A model generated the notes under the pieces. That model was not told the origin of the DNA, ran no database searches, and saw only the letters and a list, made by a program, of their open reading frames with translations. From contig CM121341.1 of assembly GCA_051530055.1 (NCBI GenBank), positions 17,896,784 to 17,960,783 on the forward strand: a DNA stretch of 64,000 nt. The letters are read 5' to 3'. Numbering within the stretch: the stretch's first letter is position 1; each line of letters starts with the position of its first letter. Of this stretch, positions 37,000-47,929 are shown piece after piece. A program made the translations under genes and the position numbers. Source of the stretch: Neoechinorhynchus agilis (taxonomy: Eukaryota > Animalia > Acanthocephala).

Positions 37000-38880
37000 G
37001 ATTCTAGGGTGTTTTGACATCAACAATCAAAGAAAGGGTGGTCTCCTCCGAACAAATATTTAACAATTTCGAAATGAAACTTCGCGAGGTTCGTAAGGGA
37101 CGCACGAAGGAAGGGTTTCGTTGCCGTTTTTCAAAGCGATTCCTGACTGAACGTGTCTCTTCGAAGCTTGCGGACGGAGACGTTCGGGGGGCTGTTCGAT
37201 TATTGCCATCCTCCGACAGTTTTGCACAAGGAGACAACGCGACACTACAAATACTCCGGTCAAAACACCCATGCAGTAGTGACAGTTTTGAAATTCCACC
37301 TCCTCCCATAAAAAACAGGACACCCACTCAAATTTTAGAGTTAAAAAAGGCCATCTCATCTTTTGCAAATGGTTCGGGTTATGGGCTTGACGGGCTAAGG
37401 CCTCAGCACCTAAAGGACATGATGTCCTTTACAACTAGTGAAGCAGCTCTCTCTAGAAAGCGCGCTTTCTCGGTTAGTCGACCGCCTGACTGGAGAGGAC
37501 CTGAATCTCGTTGCAAAAGATATATTTTTCGGAGCATCATTATGTGTCCTCACAAAAAAAAGAAGGTGGGATTCGTCCCATCACCGTATCTTTGACGATA
37601 CGCCGACTTGCAGGAAAAATTCTCTGTAAACGTATCACAGAGAAAAACGGGCAGCAACTTCGCGCAGTCCAACTGAGCTGCTGCACATCCTGCGGGACGG
37701 AAGCTATCGTCCACGGGCTCCGAAACTTTACTACGAGGAGTTCAGAGCCGTGCGTGATTATTAAGTGTGATTTTCAGAATGCCTTTAACTCTCTCTCAAT
37801 AGAGAAAGCATGTTCTACGCTATTAGGGATCACGCACCAGAAGCCTTCCAATATTTTCTGGGTGCCTAGGTGACCGCGACTCTTTTGCTTTTCGAAGACC
37901 ATCTCATTTGGTCCGAAAGAGGAGTGCAGCAAGAAGATCCTCTCGGTCCAGTCGCATTCTCCCTAACAGTAAATCCAATAGCGCACTCTCCATTCCAGCT
38001 TCGACGCTTGGGACTTGGATGACGCTACGCTCGGAGGTGATCCCTCCGTTGCGCTGCGCGATTTGGAGACGCTGATTAGGGAGATCTCGAGAATGGGCAT
38101 TGAGCTCAATGCTGGAAAGTGTAAACTCCCAGTATTAAATATCGAAGACGCCGCCAAAGTAAAGGAGCTAATAGATGGGCTCGAGGCCATAGCTCCAGGT
38201 CTGAAACTCGTGACTTCAGAGCAACTCAGCCTCCTGGGTAGTTGCGTCTTTGATTCAAACGTGGAAGCTGAAATCGGCCGTATCATATCGAAACTTTGGT
38301 TGCTGTGCGATAGGGTGAGCGCTCTCTCGGCTCACGGGGCTTTATTTCTGATAAAGAACGCACTCTTTATCCCCAAATTGTTATATAAGGTCCGCACAGC
38401 AACATTCTTCAAACATAAGGAAGGATTGGCTATGCTCGACGACAAGGTGAGAGCTTGTCTCGAGCGTATTTTAAATGTCCAGCTCTCAGATAAGGCGCGA
38501 CGACAAGCTTCATTGCCTGTGTCATCTGGGGGATTGGGCATTCGGGCGCTAGTAGACCTTGCCTAGCCAGCCTTTCTTGGATCGTATGAGGGGATTCAAC
38601 CGATAGCGAAGATAATTCTGAGGGGAAAGTTTTGTCTTGACCAAGACTTTGTGGTGGCAGTTGAAGAATGGTGCCAGCAGACATGCGCTAACCTTGTTTC
38701 CTTGAATGGCCTCAGACAGTCGATCTGGGACAGACCTCTCGTCGCGAGAGCTCACAGCTCTCTACTTTCAGGTTCTCGCGATGGGGTCGTCCGAGCTAGA
38801 TTTTGGCAGTTTCGAAACGAGAATCGGGAGCGTGGTTGGAGGCTGTGTCTCTGGCATCTGTGGGAACTCTTCTCACTGAT
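37000..38880 (+). mobile_element. CRE-type retrotransposon RT region (family A), frameshifted
   Basis: GDVRGAVRLL, GLDGLRPQHLKDM, GGIRPI, KCDFQNAFNS, GVQQEDPLGP, WDLDD (cf. YLDD), LNAGKC, GGLGIR. Confidence 0.88.
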
Positions 38881-39139
38881 CATTGATGTCAGTTCACTCA
38901 ATATATCATTTCGCACAGTCAATGCTAGGCGAAACTGTTCGCTATCAAGTTTTGTTAAACAGCAATTAAGAATATGATCGTTGATAAAGTTGATTTGCTC
39001 TGTGAAGTGGTCAATGAACACATTATATGTTAGACGATTCCTTCATTTTGGTAGTTATACTTCCAATTTAAATTGACTAATTTATTAGCGATATTTTAAT
39101 AAAAAAAGTTACTTTGTATTAAATTAATAAATGTTTTGG

Positions 39140-39725
39140 CAAACATTCACCCAACAGCTCTGGATCACTCAGCTGCCGTCCTAGTGTAACGATCGAAAAT
39201 ACGGATGCAGCGTTCCCTCGCTGCACAGGCAGACTTATGCTCTGTAGGAGGAATGCTTCTGATTCCGGATCGTCAGTGATTCGTCTCAATCGCTTGGACA
39301 ATTGCTTTACAGGGTCCTGCACTGAGGTACCAAACGACCCGAGTGTCTCGGCGAAAAAATGAACGAGATAATGATTTCGATTCAGGCCCCTGTATTTTGT
39401 CCTTTTGCGGTTCTCAGCGGTGGTTCCTGCTCCGACTTGTTTAATAACGGCGAATTTTATGTTGCGGGATCTGAGCGTATTCACGAACGAGGTGTCGCAC
39501 TGTGAAACCGTCAGGTCTACGCTCACCGAGTGTGCGCATTCACAGTGTTCAGGGCACGACTAAGAATCTCTTTCACTTTGGAGTGTCGTGAGTACACTTT
39601 GCCTGATTGTCGACAGACGAGACCGTGACATCCCGAGAGCTCCAAGGTCGCTCCCAAACGACAGCGAAGGGATTTGTGCACATCTGTACCCAAGTCTCAG
39701 AGAACCTGCGGTCCTTACTGTCTCA
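39140..39725 (-). mobile_element. CRE family B endonuclease fragment
   Basis: TTAENRKRTKY...FFAETLGSFG...LQSISLPVQRGNAASV. Confidence 0.8.
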
Positions 39726-40469
39726 TCAAGTAAAATAATGTGTGCATGAACTAGAACTGCAGTCGAACTTTTTTATTGAAAAATTAATTTAGAGCATACG
39801 AAGCACAAGTTAAAGTCAACGTTTAAAGAACTTATCCAATGTGATCTGACATGTCCTGTTGACGAATTGCGCGTGAAGCAAGTCGCCATAAGCATCTAAT
39901 GCAGCAATGGCTTCATTCCCCTCCCGCATAAAATACCGGCGCAAAGTTTCAATGGATTTCCTCGTTCACAGTGTTGCCACTTGCACCAAGTTATTGGGCA
40001 TCATCATTTTCCGGGTCATCTAATGCTGTCATATGTTTTGCTGCAACTCCTGCAACGATTGCAGCATCGTAATCCTCATCGTGCTCGATCTTATCCAGCA
40101 AACCAATTTTTCAGCTAACGTGAAGTTCAATCCTGGCATCTTGACAGGGGAAACAAGACCCACGCACACAGAGTCCACGGTTTAAAGTGTTCGCAATAAA
40201 TCTTGGTGTTTCAGAGGCAAGAAGCGTGGGCAGGAGCGATAGAAAACGCTCGCCATTCAAAGCTTCAGCCGTGTTTAAAATAGTTCCGAGGTAGTTTTTC
40301 GATAATTTTTTCATAATATTATCATGTAGGAGTTGATCTTCTTTTAGACGTACAATAATACTTTTTCTATATAGAAAAGCATCATCTATAAAATAGTGCT
40401 TATCTCTTAAGTAATTAATGAATGGTGAAAAATTAGACAAAAAAATAATGCGACGAAAATAACTGCCTA

Positions 40470-41170
40470 ATTTGAGGGCGTGGTTGGAGGCTGTTCCTTT
40501 GGCATCAGTGGGAACTCTTCTTACTGATGAGGTAACGACGATCGCAGCATCCTTAAGACTTGGTCCCCCGATATGCACGCCCCATCGCTGTCAATGTGGG
40601 TATTTGGTCGATGCTTTCGGGCGACACAGTCTCGTTTGTCGAAAGTCAGGAGGAAGGTTCTCACGCCATTCTGAGATCAATAGCGTAATTTCTCGGGCGT
40701 TGAAAACGGCGAACTTCCCGAACATCCTGGAACCCGCCCACCTTTGTCGACTAGACGGCCGTAGGCACGATGGAATTTCGGTCTTCCCGTGGCGGAAGGG
40801 CAAATGCCTTCTCTGGGACGCCACGTGTGTGGATACCCTCGCAGCCAGCAACATCCCCTACTCCCTCGAAATCGCCGGTGGTGCCGCCAGTGCAGCGGAA
40901 GGGAGGAAAATACGCAAATATATTCAGTTATCGAGGGCTCACTATTTTGCCCCCTTTGGGGTAGAGACGCATGGAGCGCTCGGCAGCTCGGCACTCTCTC
41001 TGCTCCAGGATCTCTCGAAGAAATTGATAGAGGCAACCGGAGACTCAAGAGCAGGTGTATTCCTTCGACAAAATATCTCGCTGGCAGTACAACGAGGCAA
41101 TGCAGCCAGCGTGATGGCGACGGTCGAGGAAGGACAAAAGCTGGAATTTGGCGGGAAGTGGTGAGTGTGC
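40470..41170 (+). mobile_element. CRE family A endonuclease region with intact frame
   Basis: AWLEAVP...CQCG..RHSLVC..RH...WDATCVDT...LRQNISLAVQRGNAASV. Confidence 0.88.
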
Positions 41171-41266
41171 TTCAAACAGATTGTTTGAATTGTTAAAAAT
41201 ATATTATTTCCAATGTATTATGAAGTTATAATTTTTGATAAAATGAGATAACGGTAATAACTGCTA

Positions 41267-41327
41267 CTTTCGACCGTTACACCAGGACGGCAGCTGATTG
41301 ATCCAGAGCGGTGGTGTGAATGATTTC
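41267..41327 (+). mobile_element. Extreme 3' stub of CRE family B
   Basis: tttcgaccgttacaccaggacggcagctgattgatccagagcggtggtgtgaatg. Confidence 0.7.
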
Positions 41328-41499
41328 TGATCCGAGATTCTGATGGTAATAAATTTACAAACTATTGTTATTAATGAAAGGAAGTTGTCAAGTCCCCTAG
41401 AAAGTGTGATTTCAACCGAAATGCTCTAGAATCGTTCTTGGATGTATTTCTAACCTTACTTTATCAAATGAAGTGGATATTGTGGCCTTTTGTAAGACC

Positions 41500-42540
41500 T
41501 CAAGACAATCTTGGGTCCCTAAGTTACTTATCTGGTTAATAATCCTTGTATGTTCTTAAGTAAATTCCCCTCATTCGTGGGATCATGAGGTTTATAGGTG
41601 CAATTATATCCTTTGGTGTGAGGAACAGTGTCCTGGTGATCCGATTCCTTGTCCCAATCAGAGGACATCGTTGGGTATTTAGACCTATTTGGTTGTATTC
41701 GAATGAGGAATATTGCACCATCGATTGTATACATCCACCTTGGAAAGATTGAGTATTAAGTTTATAAGAACGATCTTACTTGTCCATCTTAAATTAAATT
41801 TCGAAGTTATCCTTGGAAAATTGCCAAGTCTTAGAAAATGCTTTGTTATTACGGCCACAATTTACGCATTTTATAGATTCTTTGCTTAGCAACGAACATC
41901 ATACCGACAGTACGAGGCATAGCATCCCCATCTTAAACACCTCTGACAAACAACTGAACTAAAATTGTATAATGGGTCACTAAGTCCAGAAAAGTAACCC
42001 GATGAAAGCGTAGATCACGTACTGATCCACAAATTATAACGGCAATATTCAACTGTGTCGAGCAGAGAATCGCATACACCAAAGAAGATTCGTTCCGGGA
42101 TAAGTATTTGATGGGTTTATACCTTATTTTCTGCACTATTTGTAGAAAATCCTCGTTTCCCAACTCTTGAGGATGGTTGAACATAAGAAAATTAACTCTT
42201 CTGGATAAGTCCACAAAAGTCATATTAAAATCTTTGACGATACGATTGTGATATTGGGAACCGAAAATTGTCCCAAGGAATTCTTGTTCACTTTAAGCAA
42301 GAAGTCCTGCTTAATCGATGAACCCTTTCACACCGGGTAACCCCATTCGAAACTTCACATTCACTCGATATAAACCAATGTTTTACACTTCGTACGATCA
42401 ATTGGTGCGGGTGCAATATTAGCGGGAAAATCTCCAAGATTTTAATTGCCGTTTTGAGAAGACAGCACTTGCTTGAAACATTGACGTGATCCGCGTAATA
42501 GAGAAAGTGATTTTAGAGATATGATATTGTAAGAAAAAAG
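41500..42540 (-). mobile_element. Possible decayed retroviral-type integrase remnant
   Basis: SNGVTRCERF resembles the integrase SNGxxER motif; heavily disrupted. Confidence 0.3.
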
Positions 42541-42808
42541 GTGAATTTAAAAAGCGAAACTTTAAAAGTCGAGCCTAAGAACAGTAATATACTAAAGAAG
42601 AAAAGTAGAAGTTCATTGGCAAACAAGCGAAAATTAGATCACGACAATTATACACACCTAAAAATTTAAATATAATACAAATAAACGAAAGCAAAAGATG
42701 AACTCCAAGCGAAAATCGATCGATTGCCGGTAAAATGGTGAAATAGATGTAAAATAAAAACCTTCACAAGTATGCCAACTAAGTTTTACTAAGTCTAAAA
42801 TTCTACCA

Positions 42809-43990
42809 TCAACAATGACAAGCGTTGCACCTGTTGCAAACCTTTCCAGCGGCGTTCTTGTAGTAAGAACGAAGGGGCACCGAATTTTGTTTGCGCACAA
42901 CGTTCTCCTGCTTTTCGTAGCTGGAACAGATTCCGGAACCTCTTTCCTCACAAATCGGTTCCTGTGCAGTGCCCTCGCGACCTTCCTGAATTGAACTTTG
43001 CATTGACTCCGATTTCGGTTGGGGGAATGTTATTCGAACCACTGGCATCGCAAAGGCCGGTGCCGAGGGTGCTTTTTGCACCGATGGCTCAAAAACTGGT
43101 TCCATTTTGCCGACTGGGTCCGATTCGCAAACTGTTTCCTGTTCGTATATTGGTTCCTCTTTGAACACTGGCATCCTTTGAATGCATTGTTGAGAAACTG
43201 GCTCCGGTTCGCAGACCGCCGTCCTTTGAGAGCATTGTTGGCAAACAGGCTCCGATTCGCAGACTGCCGTCCTTTGAGAATATTCTTGACAAACAGGGTC
43301 CGGTTCGCAGACTGGCGTCCTTTGAGAGCATTGTTGACAAACTGGCTCCGGTTCGCAGACCGCCGTACTTTGAGAATATTCTTGACGAACTGTCTCCGGT
43401 TCGCAAACCGCCATCCTTTGAGAGCATTGTTGGCAAACAGGCTCCGATTCGCAGACTGCCGTCCTTTGAGAATATTCTTGACAAACAGGCTCCGGTTCGC
43501 AGACTGGCATCCTTTGAGAGCATTGTTGGCAAACTGGCTCCGGTTCGCAGGCTGCCGTCCTTTGAGAATATTCTTGAGAAACTGGCTTCGGTTCGCATAC
43601 CGCCATCCTTATAGAATATTCTTGGCAAACTGTCTCCGGTTGGCAAACCGGCGTTCTTTGAGCGCATTGTTGACAAACGGTCTCCGGTTCGCAGACTGGC
43701 GTCCTTTGAGAATATTCTTGACAAACTGTCTTCGGTTCGCAGACCGCAGTCCTTTGAGAATATTCTTGACAAACTGGCTCCGGTTCGCATACCGCCGTCC
43801 TTTGAGCGCATTGTTGACCGCGTCTACTAGGTGTTCGTTCTACCACAACTTTGAACGTCCGGACGATGCTTTCAACTGGTTTGACACTACAGATCGGTTC
43901 TTCTCTGCATTCTGCTGGAACGTCGCATGGTCCGGCGCATGATGCAATGGCGATTATAACAGAAGCGAAAACGATAGCGTAGAAGTTCAT
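42809..43990 (-). CDS. Secreted Cys/Pro/Glu/Gln-rich tandem-repeat protein
   Basis: Signal peptide MNFYAIVFASVIIAIASCA; about 13 copies of a 16-aa (48-bp) unit CEPEPVCQEYSQRTAV; Cys-rich C-terminus. Confidence 0.8.
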   Translation of the reverse strand: MNFYAIVFASVIIAIASCAGPCDVPAECREEPICSVKPVESIVRTFKVVVERTPSRRGQQCAQRTAVCEPEPVCQEYSQRTAVCEPKTVCQEYSQRTPVCEPETVCQQCAQRTPVCQPETVCQEYSIRMAVCEPKPVSQEYSQRTAACEPEPVCQQCSQRMPVCEPEPVCQEYSQRTAVCESEPVCQQCSQRMAVCEPETVRQEYSQSTAVCEPEPVCQQCSQRTPVCEPDPVCQEYSQRTAVCESEPVCQQCSQRTAVCEPEPVSQQCIQRMPVFKEEPIYEQETVCESDPVGKMEPVFEPSVQKAPSAPAFAMPVVRITFPQPKSESMQSSIQEGREGTAQEPICEERGSGICSSYEKQENVVRKQNSVPLRSYYKNAAGKVCNRCNACHC

Positions 43991-45610
43991 TTGAGTTCAC
44001 GAGTTAGCTCTTGATAATCAATGATTAGCCGATCCGATCTGCCATCCTTTATACCCGTGCAGTTTTGAAAACAGTTTCTACTTACATTTAACAGCTATCA
44101 TGAGTTTATCCGTCCGTTTGTTTATAAGCTAAAGTTTATTTTGTAAACGTTTATTGTTTTTAAACTTTTGGTGAACATAAACCCGGTCATAACCTATTTG
44201 ATTTTGATTTATTTGAGATATTTTGCGAGGTATCCTCGCCTCATAGGTCGTTGTTAAAGTAGTGAGAAATAAAGTTATGCAGCGCGGCACATGTCCCACA
44301 TTTTCTGTTAACGCTCACAACAAGCGTTATCTGTGAGCCGGTGACGAAAATCATAGAAAATTAAAAAAAATTAAAGTTGCCACCAGTTGGTCCTGCATTT
44401 GCATCGAGATCGTGAAACAGTTATAGCGAACATAATTCTCGTTTATTATCTTTTTTGTTTGAAAAACATGTTTTACAATTTCAGATAACTCGCCATCTAA
44501 GATGACCATAATCTTCTCTAGATCTTTCACAGTCAATAGCTCACGGACTACAACACTTCAAGATTTAAAAGCGATAATTCGTCCCTTCCCAATCCTTTTA
44601 TATATTAGAATATATCCAAATCCTTGTTAGAAATATTCTCCAAAGGAACGATTCCAAACTGATTCGTATTGACCAGTGTTACTTATGAATCTTCCTGATT
44701 ACTTTCTTTATAAACCATTTTAACAAAACAGAATCGTAATTCTGGGAGTCGAACCAACAAAAAACGGTTGAACTGGACATAGTTATAATTTATGTATCAT
44801 TGGACGATGAACCTTTCATTATCTATTTTAGTGTGCCTCGAGGTCGAAATAAACTGTTTTACAAAGTGCGCTGGTGGGGCGAACTTTTGAAGATCTATAA
44901 AAGAGCAATAGAATCAGTCAATTTCAAAAAATACACTACCACTGATGGGAAATCCGAAATCGCTGAATATTAGAAGCACTTATTTTCCTCAGGAAATTAT
45001 AATGTTTGAACCGTTTTACTAAGTTTGAATTGCGATTTAAATAAATCATAATAAATCATCATAATTCCGTCGTCCACGACAATTATCTGGGCATAAATAT
45101 TAGAATGGTAATTCGTTGAGAAGACATTATTTCTAGAATTTTTTTAAGAAAACTTCCAAGTGAAATTTGATTGACGCATTTATGTTTCGCGTTATCGAAT
45201 TTCGCGCACAATTTAAATTTTTGTTTAAGTCGCTTAATACAATTGGCATAAAATAACAATGACCACGATTAAGGAGTTTTCCTCACGTGCGTCGTAATCG
45301 AATGTATATGAAATTCGAAACTTTTCTTGGCTTTAAAAGTCATATTGAGTAGTCGCAGCGGTAGTGGAAAATGCTAATAATAACAAATTCAAAAGTTATT
45401 AATCAGCCACAAGAAATTTTACGGACCTAAAAGAAAAAGTATTGACACGATTGGTGACCAAAACTTAAAATGTCATTTTAAGCACCAACAAATTGCTTAT
45501 CTCAACCGTAATAAACAAAGGTAACGAACACTAAACACTCGACTGCTCAACATTCAACACGTTTGAGCGATAACCTTAATTTAGGAAAAACGTGTTTTTA
45601 GTATAATCAA

Positions 45611-45650
45611 CACGGCAGCTGAGTGATCCAGAGCCGTGGTGTGAATGTTT
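45611..45650 (+). mobile_element. Extreme 3' stub of CRE family B
   Basis: cacggcagctgagtgatccagagccgtggtgtgaatg. Confidence 0.6.
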
Positions 45651-45819
45651 GTAAATCCTTTTTTTGCTGGCGAAAAACTATTAATTTTCTGATTGCTATT
45701 AGTGAATTGGTCGAACCCCAAATGAAATTTATAAATCTTCTTCAAAATAATTTATCGGGATCAATTATTTAGCTATTTTGGAAATCGTACCATAACAGTC
45801 ATTTGTTTAGACGTCAGAA

Positions 45820-47048
45820 ATGATCGAGAACGAGTTCGGAATAGAAACGAGAGTGCTGACGTGTAAATTGAAGAAACAGAACAATATGATCGGAATATCG
45901 ATTGGTGGAGGTTTTCCAAAATGTCCTTGTTTGTATATAGTAAGCATCACACCCAACTCTCCAACCTCAATCGAAACATCAATGCGATCTGGCGATGAAA
46001 TTCTTAAAGTATAAACGTGATAATCGATTGTCAGCTCGGAATGCTATCGATTTTCATGATTAAATGACATTTGCGTTAAAGGATATAGCGTGGACAAAGC
46101 CGCAAAACTGATAAAGGAATTGGAAGGACCCGAAATCAGGATTACGTACAAGAAATTATTGGTAAATGTCTCAACCTTCCTAGATTCAGATATGGAAATG
46201 TTCATAAAGCAGTTGAAACACAAATTTGTTGAAAAGGTAGATTCCGGCATAGCAGATTTTCTCGGTATCACTCGAGCTGTCATACGAAACGATCCTCTGG
46301 TTACAAAGATGAAACATCTCGATAATCTTTATCGTTTCCATGATAGGCTCATACCGCTTTTGAGAAAATACGAAAAAGGAAGTCAAAAACTTTTTTCGAT
46401 TCATCGTGAATTCGGAAATGCTTTGGCAGACATGGGTGCCCGAGATCCACAAGAAAGCGCAAGCGATGCATTTACTCGTCTCGGAGACGCTCATCGTGCA
46501 ATTGAAGCAAAAGAAGAGCATCTTAGAAAAATCCTTTGTGAAGTAGTTGGTCGAATGCGAAATTTCGTAACGAACATCTTCCCCGATCTCGAGGAAACAA
46601 AAAAACGATATCTGAGCGCAAAGTACGATTTCCTTTCATGTTGCTTATCGTCTGGTGATTCTCAAGGTAGAGTTGGGTAATCAGAATCCAAATTTTCCAA
46701 CGACTGAGAATCAAAAGATTAACCTTGAGAGAATTTGAAGTTGAAGAGAAATCTTGGCTGCAATTTGGGGAAGTATTGTCCAGAGTATTGACCGGAAATT
46801 ACGAATATAGAGCGATGCTTCATACGAGAGACTACTCCAGATCTCGGTTTATGGATCTTCGAAAAGATTTTACAGAGAAGCTCGAATTGGTGGATAAAAA
46901 ACATGTCGACGAGATTTGTTTAAGTTTAAAGGCAATCACTGAAGCAATGCTAAACGCTTATGGGGATTGTAAGACGATTATTGGTGAATGTGGTGACTTT
47001 TTTCCAATCGAAGCCGATATCTCAGTGGTAACCCAAAGAAAATATTAA
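45820..47048 (+). CDS. PICK1: PICK1 (PDZ + BAR), three exons
   Basis: IGISIGGG..CPCLYIV, GDEI, LGITRAVIRND, FGNALADMGARDPQESAS, TGNYEYR, EKLELVDKKHV. Confidence 0.9.
46010..46062 (+). other. TA-bounded, inverted-repeat intervening sequence in PICK1 (first)
   Basis: AAA G[TA]taaacg...catgat[TA] AAT joins to GDEILKVNDICV; 14/17 terminal pairing; no GT-AG option keeps the PDZ intact. Confidence 0.88.
46646..46721 (+). other. TA-bounded, inverted-repeat intervening sequence in PICK1 (second)
   Basis: TGC T[TA]tcg...aagat[TA] ACC joins to SCCLTLREFEVEE; perfect 9-bp stem tgattctca/tgagaatca. Confidence 0.75.
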
Positions 47049-47929
47049 AACGTTTTGTGAGAAAAGTTTTTAATAAGGGATTTTCGTGCATTTTAGAAAT
47101 TAAACATGGAAAATAGCAGGGAGTCAATTTATTTGCGGCTATTTCGATTTGAGTCTAGAAAATTTACCAGTTTCCTCGCGATTTTCAGTTCCACACGAAG
47201 CCCTCCATTAAACATTGAAATTTTTGAAGAAATTTAAAACCTTACAAACATCCAAGCCACCACAATTATTAGAAATGGGAATCTTTCTGGATCATAGCTT
47301 CAATCTCAGAGTGGTTTTAAATAGAAAACACCTTCAGTGCTAAGTTCAATTGATTGTTTTTAACTTCTTTCACTTCGACAGCTTGATTGCATTGCGCTTT
47401 CATAAATTATTATTTATAGTGAAAGAAATGTGAATATAACCATTGTCCTTTATGATTAATATGACAATTCTATCCGTTTAATCATAATATCTTTCCAACC
47501 AATTGATACGGTGAAGTACAGAAAAACGAATGAAGTTTCTTTGAAAATCGTAGTCAATAAATATTTGAGGTTCGTAAAGAGAACGCAGAGATCAACCGTT
47601 CGAATATAATTGATGCCACAAATCGTAAAAATACTCCGATCATACAAATGTATTTGTTTAAACCTATACGACGCATGAAAACAAGGAATCGATTCGTTAG
47701 GCCTTTAAACTAATGCTTAAAAAATTATCTTACAGTACATAGTTCTTAATGTCAATTATTTTAAAAGGTTTGATAATGTTGAAAGTATTTCACATGCTGT
47801 AGACAATTGCCCTTTTAAAATTCCGACGAATCACTTCAATATTCCCGTGAATATCTATTTACAATAACGAACTATAAAGTCAACACAAGGGACGCCCAAG
47901 CGTCATTTCGAGTCGGTTTCATCGATTAA

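Noticed and set aside
39730-40460. Minus-strand coding-like frames (ORF 40111-40578 and downstream)
   Set aside because: No recognisable motif, several stops, and the start lies inside a CRE copy; cannot support a gene call.
43019-43942. Long plus-strand ORFs 43019-43942 and 43089-43811
   Set aside because: Shadows of the 48-bp coding repeat on the minus strand, which alone has a signal peptide.
44340-44700. Possible Penelope GIY-YIG endonuclease remnant on the minus strand
   Set aside because: Only vague similarity (VILDGE); no GIY or YIG motif found.
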